DNA from: Podarcis filfolensis
Lineage: Eukaryota
Assembly: GCA_964270895.1 (NCBI GenBank)
Contig: OZ185437.1
Length of the DNA stretch: 64,000 nucleotides
Reading direction: 5' to 3' (one strand)
Position 1 is the first letter of the stretch, and every line of letters starts with the position of its first letter. The translations under genes and the position numbers were made by a program. The notes beneath the pieces were generated by a model. The model was given only the letters and a program-made list of their open reading frames with translations. It was not told the DNA's origin and searched no databases. Shown here one piece after another: positions 52,926-64,000 of the stretch.

Positions 52926-53560
52926 GGGTTGGAGAGTAGCGGGAAGGCGTCGCGCGCGCCTCCCCGCTGCCCCCCATCCTCTGGGGCTGGCGATGGGGGA
53001 AGCGCTGCTTTCCCCACCGCCAGCCTCGAAGCCGGGTTGGAGAGTAGCGGGAAGGCATCGCGCGCCTTCCTGCTGCCCCCCATCCTCTGGGGCTGGCGAT
53101 GGGGGAAGCGCTGCTTTCCCCACCGCCAGCCTCCAACCCGGGTTGGAGAGTAGCGGGAAGGCGTCGCGCACCTTCTTGCTGCCCCCCATCCTCTGGGGCT
53201 GGCGATGGGGGAAGCGCTGCTTTCCCCACCGCCAGCCTCGAAGCCGGGTTGGAGAGTAGCGGGAAGGCGTCACGCGCCTTCCAGCTGCCCCCCATCCTCT
53301 GGGGCTGGCGATGGGGGAAGCGCTGCTTTCCCCACCGCCAGCCTCGAAGCCGGGTTGGAGAGTAGCGGGAAGGCGTCGCGCGCCTTCCAGCTGCCCCCCA
53401 TCCTCTGGGGCTGGCGATGGGGGAAGCGCTGCTTTCCCCACCGCCAGCCTCGAAGCCGGGTTGGAGAGTAGCGGGAAGGCATCGCGCGCCTTCCTGCTGC
53501 CCCCCATCCTCTGGGGCAGGCGATGGGGGAAGCACTGCTTTCCCCACCGCCAGCCTCAAA
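52926..53560. repeat. 106-bp minisatellite, 6 units, inside MITE C
   Basis: Unit starts 'gggttggagagtagcgggaaggc' at 52926, 53034, 53140, 53246, 53352 and 53458; near-identical units, each with a hairpin. Confidence 0.95.
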
Positions 53561-54220
53561 GAGCAGACTCTCCTGGCTTCAGCGGAAGCAATGCAAAGCC
53601 TCCGGAGCGCAGGCTTCTGAGGCTTCGTGTTGCTATCACTGAAGCCAGGGAGCCTGCATTCGCTCCATAGGACGCACACACATTTCCCCTTCATTTTTGG
53701 AGGGGAAAAAGTGCGTCCTATAGAGCGAAAAATACGGTATGTTTCCTGTCATCAAATATGCTTACCTATGTACAGGTTGAATTCATCCAGAGAACTGCTT
53801 TCTGTGGAATTAGCCTTGAAGCAAACCTAGGGTCAATATAGTTGCATGTAACTTTGCTCCAGCATTCCTTTTAAGGAAAAACAGATGTGAGAAGCTGCCA
53901 GTATGAGTGTAGGAATTGCTTAACCCTTTCCCCTCTGGCTGTTTCATCTCTTAAAATGCTCCCCTACCCCATCCCCACCTGCCAGCTGCTTTTCCACACA
54001 GGGAGGAAGAGGAAATTTCTTCATGGGTTTTTGGTAGATTTTGAGTACCAAATAGTCCAAGGAGAAAGGGGTTATGGGTCCTCTTTGTCATCTCTCTGCC
54101 CAAACTGGCATCTTCTTCCCACCAATAATTCTGCTAAAGAGTGTAGCTTCCTATCTCTACTTCTGCTTTTTTGTTTTTGTTTTTTAAGAAAAAAACTTCT
54201 GTTTTTTTGTTTTTGTTTTG

Positions 54221-54471
54221 AGAGCCAGTGTGGTGTAGTGGTTAACAGCGATAGACCCGTAATCTGGGGAACCGGGTTCGCGTCTCCGCTCCTCCACATG
54301 CAGCTGCTGGGTGACCTTGGGCTAGTCACACTTCTCTGAAGTCTCTCAGCCCCACTCACCTCACAGAGTGTTTGTTGTGGGGGAGGAAGGGAAAGGAGAA
54401 TGTTAGCCGCTTTGAGATTCCTTCAGGTAGTGATAAAGCGGGATATCAAATCCAAACCCTTCTCTTCTTCT
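54221..54471 (+). mobile_element. Young tRNA-CORE SINE (Squam3B-like), full length
   Basis: A box 'tggtgtagtgg', B box 'ggttcgcgtct', CORE 'gtgaccttgggctagtcac...ctcagccccactcacctcacagag', L2-like end 'gccgctttgag...gcgggatatcaaat', (CTT)-type tail; CpGs retained. Confidence 0.85.
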
Positions 54472-54581
54472 TAAAGTTGCTTGCAGATTTGCACACAACT
54501 GCACTTCACATAACGTATGGTTCCAAGCAATTTGATACACAGGGATATCTAAAAGAACATTCAGGAACAGTTGATGTAGAT

Positions 54582-54832
54582 CAGGGGTCAGCAAACTTTT
54601 TCAGCAGGGGCTAGTCCACTGTCCCTCAGACCTTGTGGGGGGCTGGACTATATATTTTTTTTGGGGGGATGAACGAATTCCTATGCCCCACAATTAACCC
54701 AGAGATGCATTTTAAATAAAAGGACACATTCTACTCATGTAAAAACATTCTGATTCCCAGACCATCCGCGGGCCGGATTTAGAAGGCGATTGGGCAGGAT
54801 CTGGTCCCTGGGCCTTAGTTTGCCTACCCATG
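54582..54832. mobile_element. hAT (Charlie-like) MITE, 251 bp
   Basis: TIRs CAGGGGTCAGCAAACT / AGTTTGCCTACCCATG; 8-bp TSD ATGTAGAT (54574-54581) / ATGTAGGT (54833-54840), 7/8 match. Confidence 0.88.
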
Positions 54833-55174
54833 ATGTAGGTCTGTGAAAAGGGTTCCAACTTCTGTGGTTGGGTGATTGCTTGAGGCCTGCTTCACACATT
54901 ATGTGACAGGAAGCAAGTGTTTGACACTGGAGGTGCATTTGCAGGGGTTGAGCACACCTTAACAACACAATTTCACATGGCCCTTACATCATTAAACAAG
55001 AAGTACAGGGATAATAAGTGGTCAGCTAGAAATGCTAAATACAAAACTTATCAAGTGATATCAGTTAATACCCAAATAATAATGCAGTGTGTTATTACAG
55101 CCGAAGAGATTTGCATTGCAAGTTACTGCTTGCAAGTTTGTTTACCACTGGTCCTGACAAAGTAATAAAAAGTG

Positions 55175-55518
55175 TAAAGGTAAAGGGACCCCTGACCATT
55201 AGGTCCAGTGGTGGATGATTCTGGGGTTGCGGCGCTCATCTCGCTTTATTGGCCGAGGGAGCCAGTGTAAAGCTTCCGGGTCATGTGGCCAGCATGACTA
55301 AGCCGCTTCTGGCAAACCAGAGCAGCGCACAGAAATGCCGTTTACCTTCCCGCCGGAGCGGTACCTATTTATCTACTTGCACTTTGACGTGCTTTTGAAC
55401 TGCTAGGTTGGCAGGAGCAGGGACCGAGCAACAGGAGCTCACCCGTCACGGGGATTCGAACCGCCTACCTTCTGATAAGCAAGCCCTAGGTTCTGTAGTT
55501 TAACCCACAGCGCCACCC
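55175..55518 (-). mobile_element. Sauria SINE (Squam1), young near-full-length copy
   Basis: (TAAAGG)n = reverse (CCTTTA)n tail; 'gggattcgaacc' B box and 'ccacagcgccac' A box on the minus strand. Confidence 0.93.
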
Positions 55519-58500
55519 ATATTACTGGGAATTTAATGTGGCAAAGCATATTTCTCATTTAACCATCAATATTATTATGTTTCTTTTCTGTTTCTTTAAC
55601 TTTAACGAAATGGGGTTCAAGCAGATTCCTGGATGCTCACCTTTGGTAGGATTTAACCACAAGAGAAAGATGGATCACAATGTTTAATTCTACAGCATAT
55701 TTTCTTATACTATTAAAGATTATTGATGGTTTGCCCAACCATAAAAGAGATTTCATTTAGTAAAAGTGAATTATAAACTCAGTTTTACACCATTAAGATT
55801 GCATTGCATAATGTAGGCAGTTTTTAGTTCGGGAAAGGAAAAGGATCTATCTTTGCTCTAGTACATTAAGAACATCATGTGATATGTACAAAAAGACACA
55901 ACCTCACTTCAGCCCCAGCAAGGATGATGGGAGTTGTAGTCCAACAACAACTGGAGGGCCACAGGTTCTCAGTCCCTGATCTAAATAGGTAACTTGGTAG
56001 CTTCTACCTATCTTTTTCAAAATGGTCGTGTTTAATCCAACTCCCAAGGCTAGCCCAAACTAGGCAATTGTTACAGTACTTCTAAAAAGTTCCCTGGGCA
56101 TGGTCATTGCCATATCTGCGGTGCAGCTAGACACACAGATGGTAATTTGAAGACAGCTTGCTTGTGGATCCCAGTGACTGTAATAGGTCACAATGAAGGT
56201 CTCTCAGGTATCCTTGGCAATAGCCAAGGCTGGACCAAGACTTTATGCTGTCTGAGGTGAAAAACAAGATGGCCCCACTGTCACCACCATTTCACATACA
56301 GACGCAAACCAGAGTGGAAGTTGAATCTGACTTAAACATGCAGCATCTTCTACCACATTTGAGACCATCAGACAAGATTAGGGGACCTAGGGCAGGCTGT
56401 GTGGCACACACCTCACTGCCACTGCCACTGACCCCACAACCCTCAACACCTGCCAGCAGAGGCAGCTACCTCACTCTGCCTTATATCAGGACCAGCCCTA
56501 ACCGTGGGTGTAGGCAGGGGGGCAGCTGCCCTCCCCCAGTCAAGAGAATAAATGAAAATAGTAACCAACTAATCAATCACATCACAGGTAGCTCGGTTCT
56601 GCACCCCCCAACAAAAGTCTTGCACCCCCTAACATAAATCCTGGCTATGCCCATAGACACCAGAGAGTCACTTTCCAGAAAACAGCAATGGCCTAAGAGG
56701 TGTGTCTCTCACACACTGTCCCTTCAGTCACAATACATTTCCTTGCAGAGAGCTAAATGCCCAGCTAAGTGGCCATAATTAAGGAACATCTCTGCCTTGA
56801 CAGACAGTTAATCCTCTTGCCCCATTTGCCTTCCGTAATTAATGAAACACCTGGGAGTACCATCTTCAAAGCTAACTTTGCCATTGGCTGGTCTCAAATC
56901 TGCTAGTGAGACTAAGCCCTGTGTCTGATATTCCTTACTCACTTCCCAAGCTGATCATTTAAGGGTCCCAAGGCAAAATTCTTTTTCCATGGGGGTAGGG
57001 ATCTTCACTTGCCCATCCAGAATCAATAATGGTTCTGATCCAGAAATGTATATATAGGTGCTACTGAGTAACTGAGGCCTGGTTCAGTATATTAGTGCAC
57101 TAGCACACTGGTGCAGAGCCAGAATAATTTTTGTTTTTCCTTTGGTTTCTTGTGTGAATTTTTCCTGCATCTGTTAACGCTTTTAGTTCCAGCCTCTGCC
57201 TTATAGATTGTCCTCAAGCAGAGGCATTAGGTATGCTTTGCCTTAGGATTTCCTACATCAAGCAGTGGGTTCACCTAGATGGCCTACAGGATCATTTCCA
57301 AGTTAACTGATTCTCTGTGTTCTCCAATAAAAAACCCTTTATTTTTTGTTTAAATGTGCAAAAGTGTGTTTCTAGATGCTCGTGATCAATGCTAAACAAC
57401 TAGACAGGCATGCAATATTGCTGGTTCCAAGAGAGCAAAGTTGGGGGGAAATAAGAACTGTCACCAAAGGAAATAATCAACAGGGATCTGGTGACAGGAT
57501 ACTAGCAGAGGACAGTATCGTCTGAACATACAAGATCTTGTGCAAAAGGGATTGGTCAGCAATCTCATGACAACGGGAACATTGAATTGTATTTTCTGAA
57601 TACCTGTCACAAAAGAGGGTGACCGCAGGACAAACTCAGCTGCACTTCCTTCAGGTGCAGAGGAGTCTAAGCACGGATGCTGAACAAAGGATGCTGTTGT
57701 GTTGTTAGTATCCCCTGAATATAGAAGGCAAACAAAGAAGTGGTTTCTTGCCACACTCTTCTTTTCACTTTCTGATGAGAGATGAGCAGCCTAAAAAAGA
57801 ATGGTTTCTGTTGAAATGATTCTCGCAGGAAACTGCATGCCAAATCCTTAATGGTTATGGGCACTCAGGGCAGAATGTTCATCCACGGTACCAGTTCCAA
57901 GAAGTGGGAGCATTAAAACAAGTGTATCTCTGTTGAGCTGTCTGAATGCTTTTGAGACGTTATGGACAAATGATTCCTTCCAGGCATATGGCACAACTAT
58001 CTTCATTTAGGACCTCTGTGCAGTGGAAGATTTACCTTTAGCTATTTTTAGTGTTCTACTGAGTACTCCTGGCTTGAGGGGTAGTTTTGTGGAGAAGGTC
58101 ATTTAGGAGAATGTCTTTACATTTTATTATGAGATTTCTTGGGGCAAGGTAATCTCTTTTCTCAAGAGAACACTAATGCTGCTGATAATGTAATGACCAC
58201 ATTTTCAGATATAACATAAACTATGCACAGTATGAAAAACTGCCAAGATTGCCCCAGTAGGGCTGTGCGGTATTCGCTCATGCAAGCAGATGACCATGGG
58301 GCAAGAATAGTTCATGGCAATGTTGTTTTCTTAAGGTTTAATTGACCTTGAGTTAGTTGGGGATACAGTTGGCAAAACCAGGTAATTGAAAGATTGGGAT
58401 AATCAGGTTTCATATAGTCTACCGCATATATGTGATAAATGATAAATGTGGTTTAGGGAATGTCTGTGGTGAATTGCATCCTGATTGTGGAAACACTGTG

Positions 58501-59164
58501 CGCACTTAGGGAAGCTGTTCCCTAGATCAGTATTTATGTGTGTGTTGTCTATAATACTGTGTTCTTTATTTCTAAGGGTAAAGTGAAAGCAATTAAAATT
58601 TTTCAGTAGTTTTCACATCTTCTGTAGTGCAATAACTTTTATCTCCTTTGAAACTTAGATCCATTGATTTTTGGGCAGAGACTTCATTCTGGGCCGGCCA
58701 GCTTTTCTGTTCCCTGTGACCACTCTGTACTCCACAATGTGATCTGGGTTGCTAGCTAGTAGTTGGTGCTAGCTAGTAGTAAAGGTTTCTTAGCTATAGA
58801 ACACACCCTGTTGGTCCCAACAAGAGAATTGCCTACAAAATCCAAAGATGTAACCGCCCCCTTCCTTTCTCTGTATGTGGCCTAAGAAGCAACTTCAGGC
58901 CCATACCTCTGGTCCCATTCAGACAACCAGACATGCTTGGTCTGATGAAGCAATCTTCTTGGCACTACATTGAATTCTTCCCATAGTGAGGATTGTCCTG
59001 TAATGTCTGATGTTTATCTTTTGGTCAGCAACCACTGCATTCAATGGACACCTGAGCTATGTAGTTGCAGTGATCTAAACTCTCGCGTTACACTCCTTAT
59101 GTGGCACAGATAGTACTTTTTGATGTCATTTTCAGACCTGGGCTCACTAGATTTAACTGACGGA

Positions 59165-59300
59165 GGTGTCGTCAACGTAGCACCTTCAGACATTTCTGGA
59201 CTCCGACTCTCATCCGCCTCAGCCAGCATGGCCAATGACTAGGAACGACGAGAATTGTAGTTGAATGGCATCTGGAGGCTGTCACATTGGCTCCCTCTGC
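59165..59300. mobile_element. Old hAT-type palindromic MITE
   Basis: 'ccttcagacatttctggactccgactctcatcc...agccagcatggccaatg...aattgtagtt...catctggagg'. Confidence 0.6.
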
Positions 59301-60589
59301 TACTAATGTGACGCAGTCTAAGTAACCTGGCACGGTGAAGCCTGCCTGAATCAGGGCTAAGCCAAATGGTCCCTGCCAGAGTAAACATTATCAGAGTAAA
59401 AAGGGATAATTTGGAAGCTTTTTTTATCCCCCACCAGTTGGTGGCTTGACCACCTCACCAGCCGAAAAAAACCCAACAGCACCTGACTCTTCTTTTTCTT
59501 AGGAACATTGGATGTTTCCTAGGAACACTGAACGTTGGAATATTGGGTAGATTTCTGATGAGATAAAAAAAGAAGACGCATCTTGTAGTAACTACCACCT
59601 AATACCTAGACACAATTGAAATGAGGCACCTTCTTTAAAAAAAAACAACCTAGACCTGCTCTCCCTCCTGCTTTCATTGCTTTATGATGCAAGAGCGGTG
59701 TTGGTATTTTAACACCCTCTAACTCATCCTTCATTTATCTGTGGATTGAATGAAAGAACATTTATCAGATAATTTTGCTCCTTTGACAAATGGCTGACTA
59801 CAGAACACAGTGACTTAGCAGCGACCCATTTGGACTCCTGCCGCTCGCAGTGCCATTGAGCAGGGAATTGTGACATAAATTTTAGCTCCGCTTTTATGTT
59901 GAGGATTGATGAGTCTCATTTCATGAATGTTAATCAGCCCATTTGTGTTCAGGTATTAAGTTATTTCTTACATAACTGTCATTTAATACAAAGTGAATTT
60001 GTTTGACCTTTGCCTATCCCACTTCGCTTCTGTCACTGTGTTACTGTAGAACCTCATGCAGCTCTTTTCCATGGAGAGGTTAATACCTCTTGATTATGGC
60101 TAAAGGCAAAGACCTACATGAGCATATGCTGCACACTGCCTTATCTGCCGTCATGAGAGTGTGATTAATGGCTTTAAGAATTTTAATTTTGTGTGGTTAA
60201 CCATTAAGACTCTCTTTCCTAAGGTTGCAAAGCTGGCAAATGACTTTTTGCGCACTTGTGGAGTCTGGTTATGATGCCAGGTCTTGAAAATAGCCTGTTC
60301 AGCAGCTGAATGAAATCCATATGTAAACCCTTGGAGAGCACATCTAAACACCTGCAAAAGTGACGAGTGCTGCAACTTGATTCTAACTCCCTTATGTGCA
60401 GCACCCCTTTAAAAAATCCTTGATTTTTATTGTTTTAATAAATAAGCAGCCCAACAGTGGTGACTTGGTTTGGTCTTTAATCCAGGCACAAAATGCTTAC
60501 TCCAAGTCCCATCAAACAAACTGATAAACTTATGTTGTCTTCTATACGAAATCGTAGTGTTAATATTAGAATTGTTTTAAAAAAGATTC

Positions 60590-61460
60590 ACATTCTTCTT
60601 CTTCTTTTTAATTTATTAAATTTGTTAGTTGCTTCATCTGGCCCAGGCCAGGCCAACCCAAAGAGACTTACAAACAGACAGACAGGTTCACAACTTCCTC
60701 GCAACCCATCCGATACATTAAAACCAAGAGGAAAAATAAATACATTAAAAACATTCTGCCCACTTCTAAAAGGCTTCATATAGTTGAAGGCCAAATGCCT
60801 AGTTATAGAGGAAAGTTTTTGCTTGACACATAAAGATATATAGTCGTACCTTGGAAGTCAAACGTTTTGGCTCCCAGACGCCGCAAACCTGGAAGTGAGT
60901 ATTCCGGTTTGCGAACGTTATTTGAAACCCAACGCAAGTTCCGATTGCCTGCAGGAGCTTCCTGCCAAGCCATGCCTTGGTTTCCAAACGTTTTGGAAGT
61001 CAAACGAACTTCCGGAACGGATTCCGTTTGACTCCCGAGGTATGACTGCATAATGATAGCACCAGGCAAGCCTCACTAGAGAGAACATTCCACAAATGAG
61101 AAGTCACGGCAGAGAAGGCCCGTTCTTGCGTTGCCACCCTTCGGATCTCTCGTGGACGCACACAAAAAGGGCCTCAGGTGATGATTGCAGGGTCTGTGTT
61201 GGTTCATATGGGGAGAGGCGGTATTTGAGGTATTGCAGTCTTGGGCCATTTAAGGCTTTATAGGCTAAAACCAGCACTTTGATTTGGGCCCAGGAACTAA
61301 TTGGCAGCCAGTGCAGTTGGGTCATGATCAGTGTAATATGCTCATACTGTCCTGCCCGGCTGAGCAACCAGCTCTGCTGAATTCTGCATCAGCTGAAGTT
61401 TCCGAACCATCGTCAGAGGCAGTCCCACATATCATGCATTGCAGTAACCTTACCTAGAGG
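60590..61460 (-). mobile_element. L2 LINE 3' portion (ORF2 C-terminus plus 3' UTR), interrupted by a Tigger-type MITE
   Basis: ORF 61104-61367 'EHITLIMTQLHWLPISSWAQIKVLVLAYKALNG...YLKYRLSPY' is the typical L2 ORF2 C-terminal motif; upstream of it YCNA..VGLPL..VRKLQLMQNSA-like residues. Confidence 0.88.
60841..61048. mobile_element. Tigger/pogo-type MITE, 208 bp
   Basis: TIRs tAGTCGTACCTTGGAAGTCAAACG / CGTTTGACTCCCGAGGTATGACTG; TA on the left (60839-60840), CA on the right (mutated TA). Confidence 0.88.
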
Positions 61461-64000
61461 TTATCACTTATGGGAGTGTATGCTTAAAAACAGGAACAAA
61501 CACTTGTATAGGCCTGAGTTGATCTTAGTGAACATAAGCCCATATTTAAGCGTCAAAAATAGATGCCGTATCCTTGTCAAGATAAATCCATTTATTAGTA
61601 ACCATGCCACTTTACTGTAAATGAAAGTCTCTATTTATGCAAAATGATTAGTACTTTGGTGTTGAAAAGGTAAAGCTTTGACGTCACTCCTACTTCCTTG
61701 AAATTTACATTTTCTCTCTACAGAACTTGGTATTTATGTGGTGACTTTATAGTCCCATAAACCAGACTTCTATGTAATTATTTACCTTGGAAAGAGCACA
61801 CACACATTGCATTCCTTCATGTTAGGCAACCTGGTGCTTTTGGTTTGGGACATACTATACATATCTTTTGAATTATAGTTAATTGGGGCGTCTACACTCT
61901 GGAGAGAGATTGCACTTCCTACAAAAGGTAAATTTGGAGCGAGCTGGAGGGCAAACTAGTGGCATGCACTTTGCGTAAATTAGAAGGTCAGGAAGTATCT
62001 GACATACATCTAGACACAGAAACACACACACTTGATTTCTGTCCCACAGTGACAGAAATATTGATTCCTGTACTGGTTTGCTGGTGCTTCTTCCAGTAGA
62101 CAAATTGGAGGACCTGGCATAAAAGGAGCAGTAATGAACAAGGGAGAAAGGATAAATGCTGTGCATATGCCGACTTGTGTAATAGGAGTTTATGAAATAG
62201 GATTGAGGGGTGGAAAACACACACTCACACAGAGAGAGTAATTGGGCACATCCTGTACTTACTGAATCACCCAGCTCTACTGTAATAAACATTGTTCCAT
62301 TCAGGCGAGTTCATTCCCTGCTCTGTCTCAAGTGCAGGAATTGCTTAGAAAGAGAATTTTTGAAAAGATACCACCTACTAGCATGCATGTTGCACAAAGC
62401 TTTCATTCTTTTTGCATGGGTTATTTCAAGATACAGATTAGGGGAATAGGCAACTATCCAATTGACAGATTTAGGATACAGGCACCTATCCAATTGAATG
62501 AGGCCTTCCTTACGCGTCTGTAAAAGCCCTGCAGAACACACATGCCAATTAGTAGCTGATGCAGCTTACTTGCATATGGCTGCTGGAAAAAGTCACAATT
62601 TCTGTGCAGCATGTGAAAATAGCTTCCTTATTATTGGAAAATATTATCCTAAGTCATTCTTAAAACATCTAACATCTGGCGATGTCGAATCAGAGTTCTT
62701 TATGTCACTTCCTAGATATATATTTTTAAGCACCTTTTGCAACTACATAAATTCTCCCAAAGATACTTCACATACACAAAAAAATCCAAATGAACACAGT
62801 GTGCTATGATCCTTCCTTACACCCTGAATCAGTGTAGTAAGAGTTTCTCCATAGTTCTTGTCTACTCTTCAAAAGCCAACAGGACAATCCAATGTCCCTT
62901 TCACCATTGTAAATCCCAACTCGGTGACACGCTGACACGCTGGGTCAACCTAAGCCAGCCATTCATTATCTAGTGGTGCCATATACATCACAAGTCTTGC
63001 TTCCACTTCCTGCCATGTCAGATTGGCAGCAGTGGAGAATCCTACGGAAGAGACCAAAGGAGTTGTTCATCACAGGGTAGGTTATATTTTCTGAGAGGTT
63101 GCTTCACTGTGTACTTTTAATTTCAAAAGGAGAGCTGCATACAATGGGGGAAAGATAAATAATTGGCTTGAACTTTTGCTTATATTAAGCCCACAGTCGT
63201 CTTCCCCCCACCAAGTTCAAATAAGGTCTCCTGCTTCCATTAGAGATTTTCCTTCTCTCTCTGTAACCCAATCATTATAGCCACCATTTCAGTTCTGTTG
63301 CCAGAATCTCTAGCAGATAGAAAGACATTTTCTGGTTGTCTCCCCAAATTACTGTGAGAAGTCAATATAACTGATCTGAGAATGCTGAAAATGTCCAGAT
63401 TTTCTGAAGTTTAGAAAAGTGAGGTTTGCTAACAAAGGGATATGGAAAGTGCACATAGGTACTCATATAATGGGTTTTTTTTTGGGGGGGGGTTAGATGC
63501 AGCAGTCCTCCTGTAACAGTAGTCCAAAGTATAATGCAGACTTCTAAGACTCAAAGCATGGGACTTTGCAATGCAAACGTCTCCAAACACAGCTGTGGCC
63601 AAAGAAAATGGATGCAGGGCAGTTTTGACACATATATTTTATTCATGTAAATGCAGGGTAATTAATCTCCTGTCCATATGGCAGGTGGTGTTTTCGCTAA
63701 GAAGTGAATAATCTAAGCTATAGGCTGTGGGGAAGGCGGGGTCTGGAAAGAGATTCAGGTCATCTGTGATGAGTTCATAAACAGAAACAAGGGAGGGAGC
63801 TCATTCCCTGCTCTGTATCCCAAACAAATTTATAACCTCTGAGGTTTTGTTCTTAAATTCATGAGTAATTTTCATTCACAAGGCCTATTACTTGAATGCA
63901 GCTCTTTTTTTTCAGGACACACAGTTTGTTGCTTTGATGTGTGATGGAAAATAGTATGAGGGAAAATGCATCTGAAAATCAGAAATGATATCCCCTGCAG

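Larger units (their letters stand above)
52205..53737 (-). mobile_element. Tc2/pogo-like MITE, copy C, 1533 bp, inverted relative to copies A and B
   Basis: TA|CCGTATTTTTCGCACG ... GTGCGTCCTATAGAGCGAAAAATACGG|TA; TA TSD at 52203-52204 and 53738-53739; its left end is the reverse complement of the right end of copies A and B. Confidence 0.92.
1737..64000 (+). other. FOXO3: Large FOXO3 intron interrupting the forkhead domain; continues beyond the window
   Basis: GT donor at 1737; no NSIRHNLSLH-coding exon seen in the remaining sequence or the ORF track; the orthologous mammalian intron is very large. Confidence 0.88.

Noticed and set aside
52926-53560. Regularly spaced palindromic repeats superficially resembling a CRISPR array
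   Set aside because: There are no unique spacers (whole units are near-identical), no cas genes, and the context is a vertebrate intron.
52114-53694. Long ORFs (481 aa on minus, 235 aa on plus, and several repeated 88-aa ORFs)
   Set aside because: They arise from the GC-rich tandem arrays of MITE C, which lack stop codons; the peptides are repetitive and show no transposase or other domain.
18161-59400. Scattered FOXO sites (GTAAACA/TGTTTAC at ~18161, 19380, 26256, 29561, 42644, 49647 and others)
   Set aside because: About 8 or more 7-mer matches are expected by chance on both strands of 64 kb of AT-rich DNA; no clear clustering.
62307-63816. 20-bp direct repeat (GAG[T/C]TCATTCCCTGCTCTGT at 62307 and 63797), possibly LTR-like ends
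   Set aside because: Only a 16-bp exact match, of which roughly one is expected by chance among all position pairs in 64 kb; no LTR or internal features.

Overview
Vertebrate genomic DNA, most likely from a squamate and probably a lacertid lizard (inferred from Sauria-SINE/Squam1, Squam3-like SINEs and a BovB fragment). The window holds the 5' end of FOXO3 on the + strand: a CpG island with a probable upstream non-coding exon (donor at 394), then the first coding exon (ATG 1152 to donor after 1736, 195 codons, with the Akt site RPRSCTW and the N-terminal half of the forkhead domain). The remaining ~62 kb is the start of the large intron that splits the forkhead domain; the next exon (NSIRHNLSLH...) was not found here. 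The intron contains many retroposon fragments (CR1, L2, BovB, Penelope-like, several SINE families), non-autonomous DNA transposons (Tc2-, Tigger- and hAT-type MITEs) and microsatellites. I found no other credible protein-coding gene and no convincing new biological system. The most unusual structure is a TA-flanked MITE family present in three copies (259, 748 and 1533 bp). The copies share termini, but their interiors consist of GC-rich hairpin cassettes amplified into different tandem arrays. Also notable are a cluster of short uORFs with a TGATG stop/start overlap upstream of FOXO3, a tRNA-Lys-headed SINE sharing its tail with a CR1 in the same window, and a CCAAT/NFI/TATA promoter-like cluster deep in the intron. 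Repeat family names come from my recollection of consensus sequences, not from a database search, and element edges are approximate unless a TSD or TIR is quoted.
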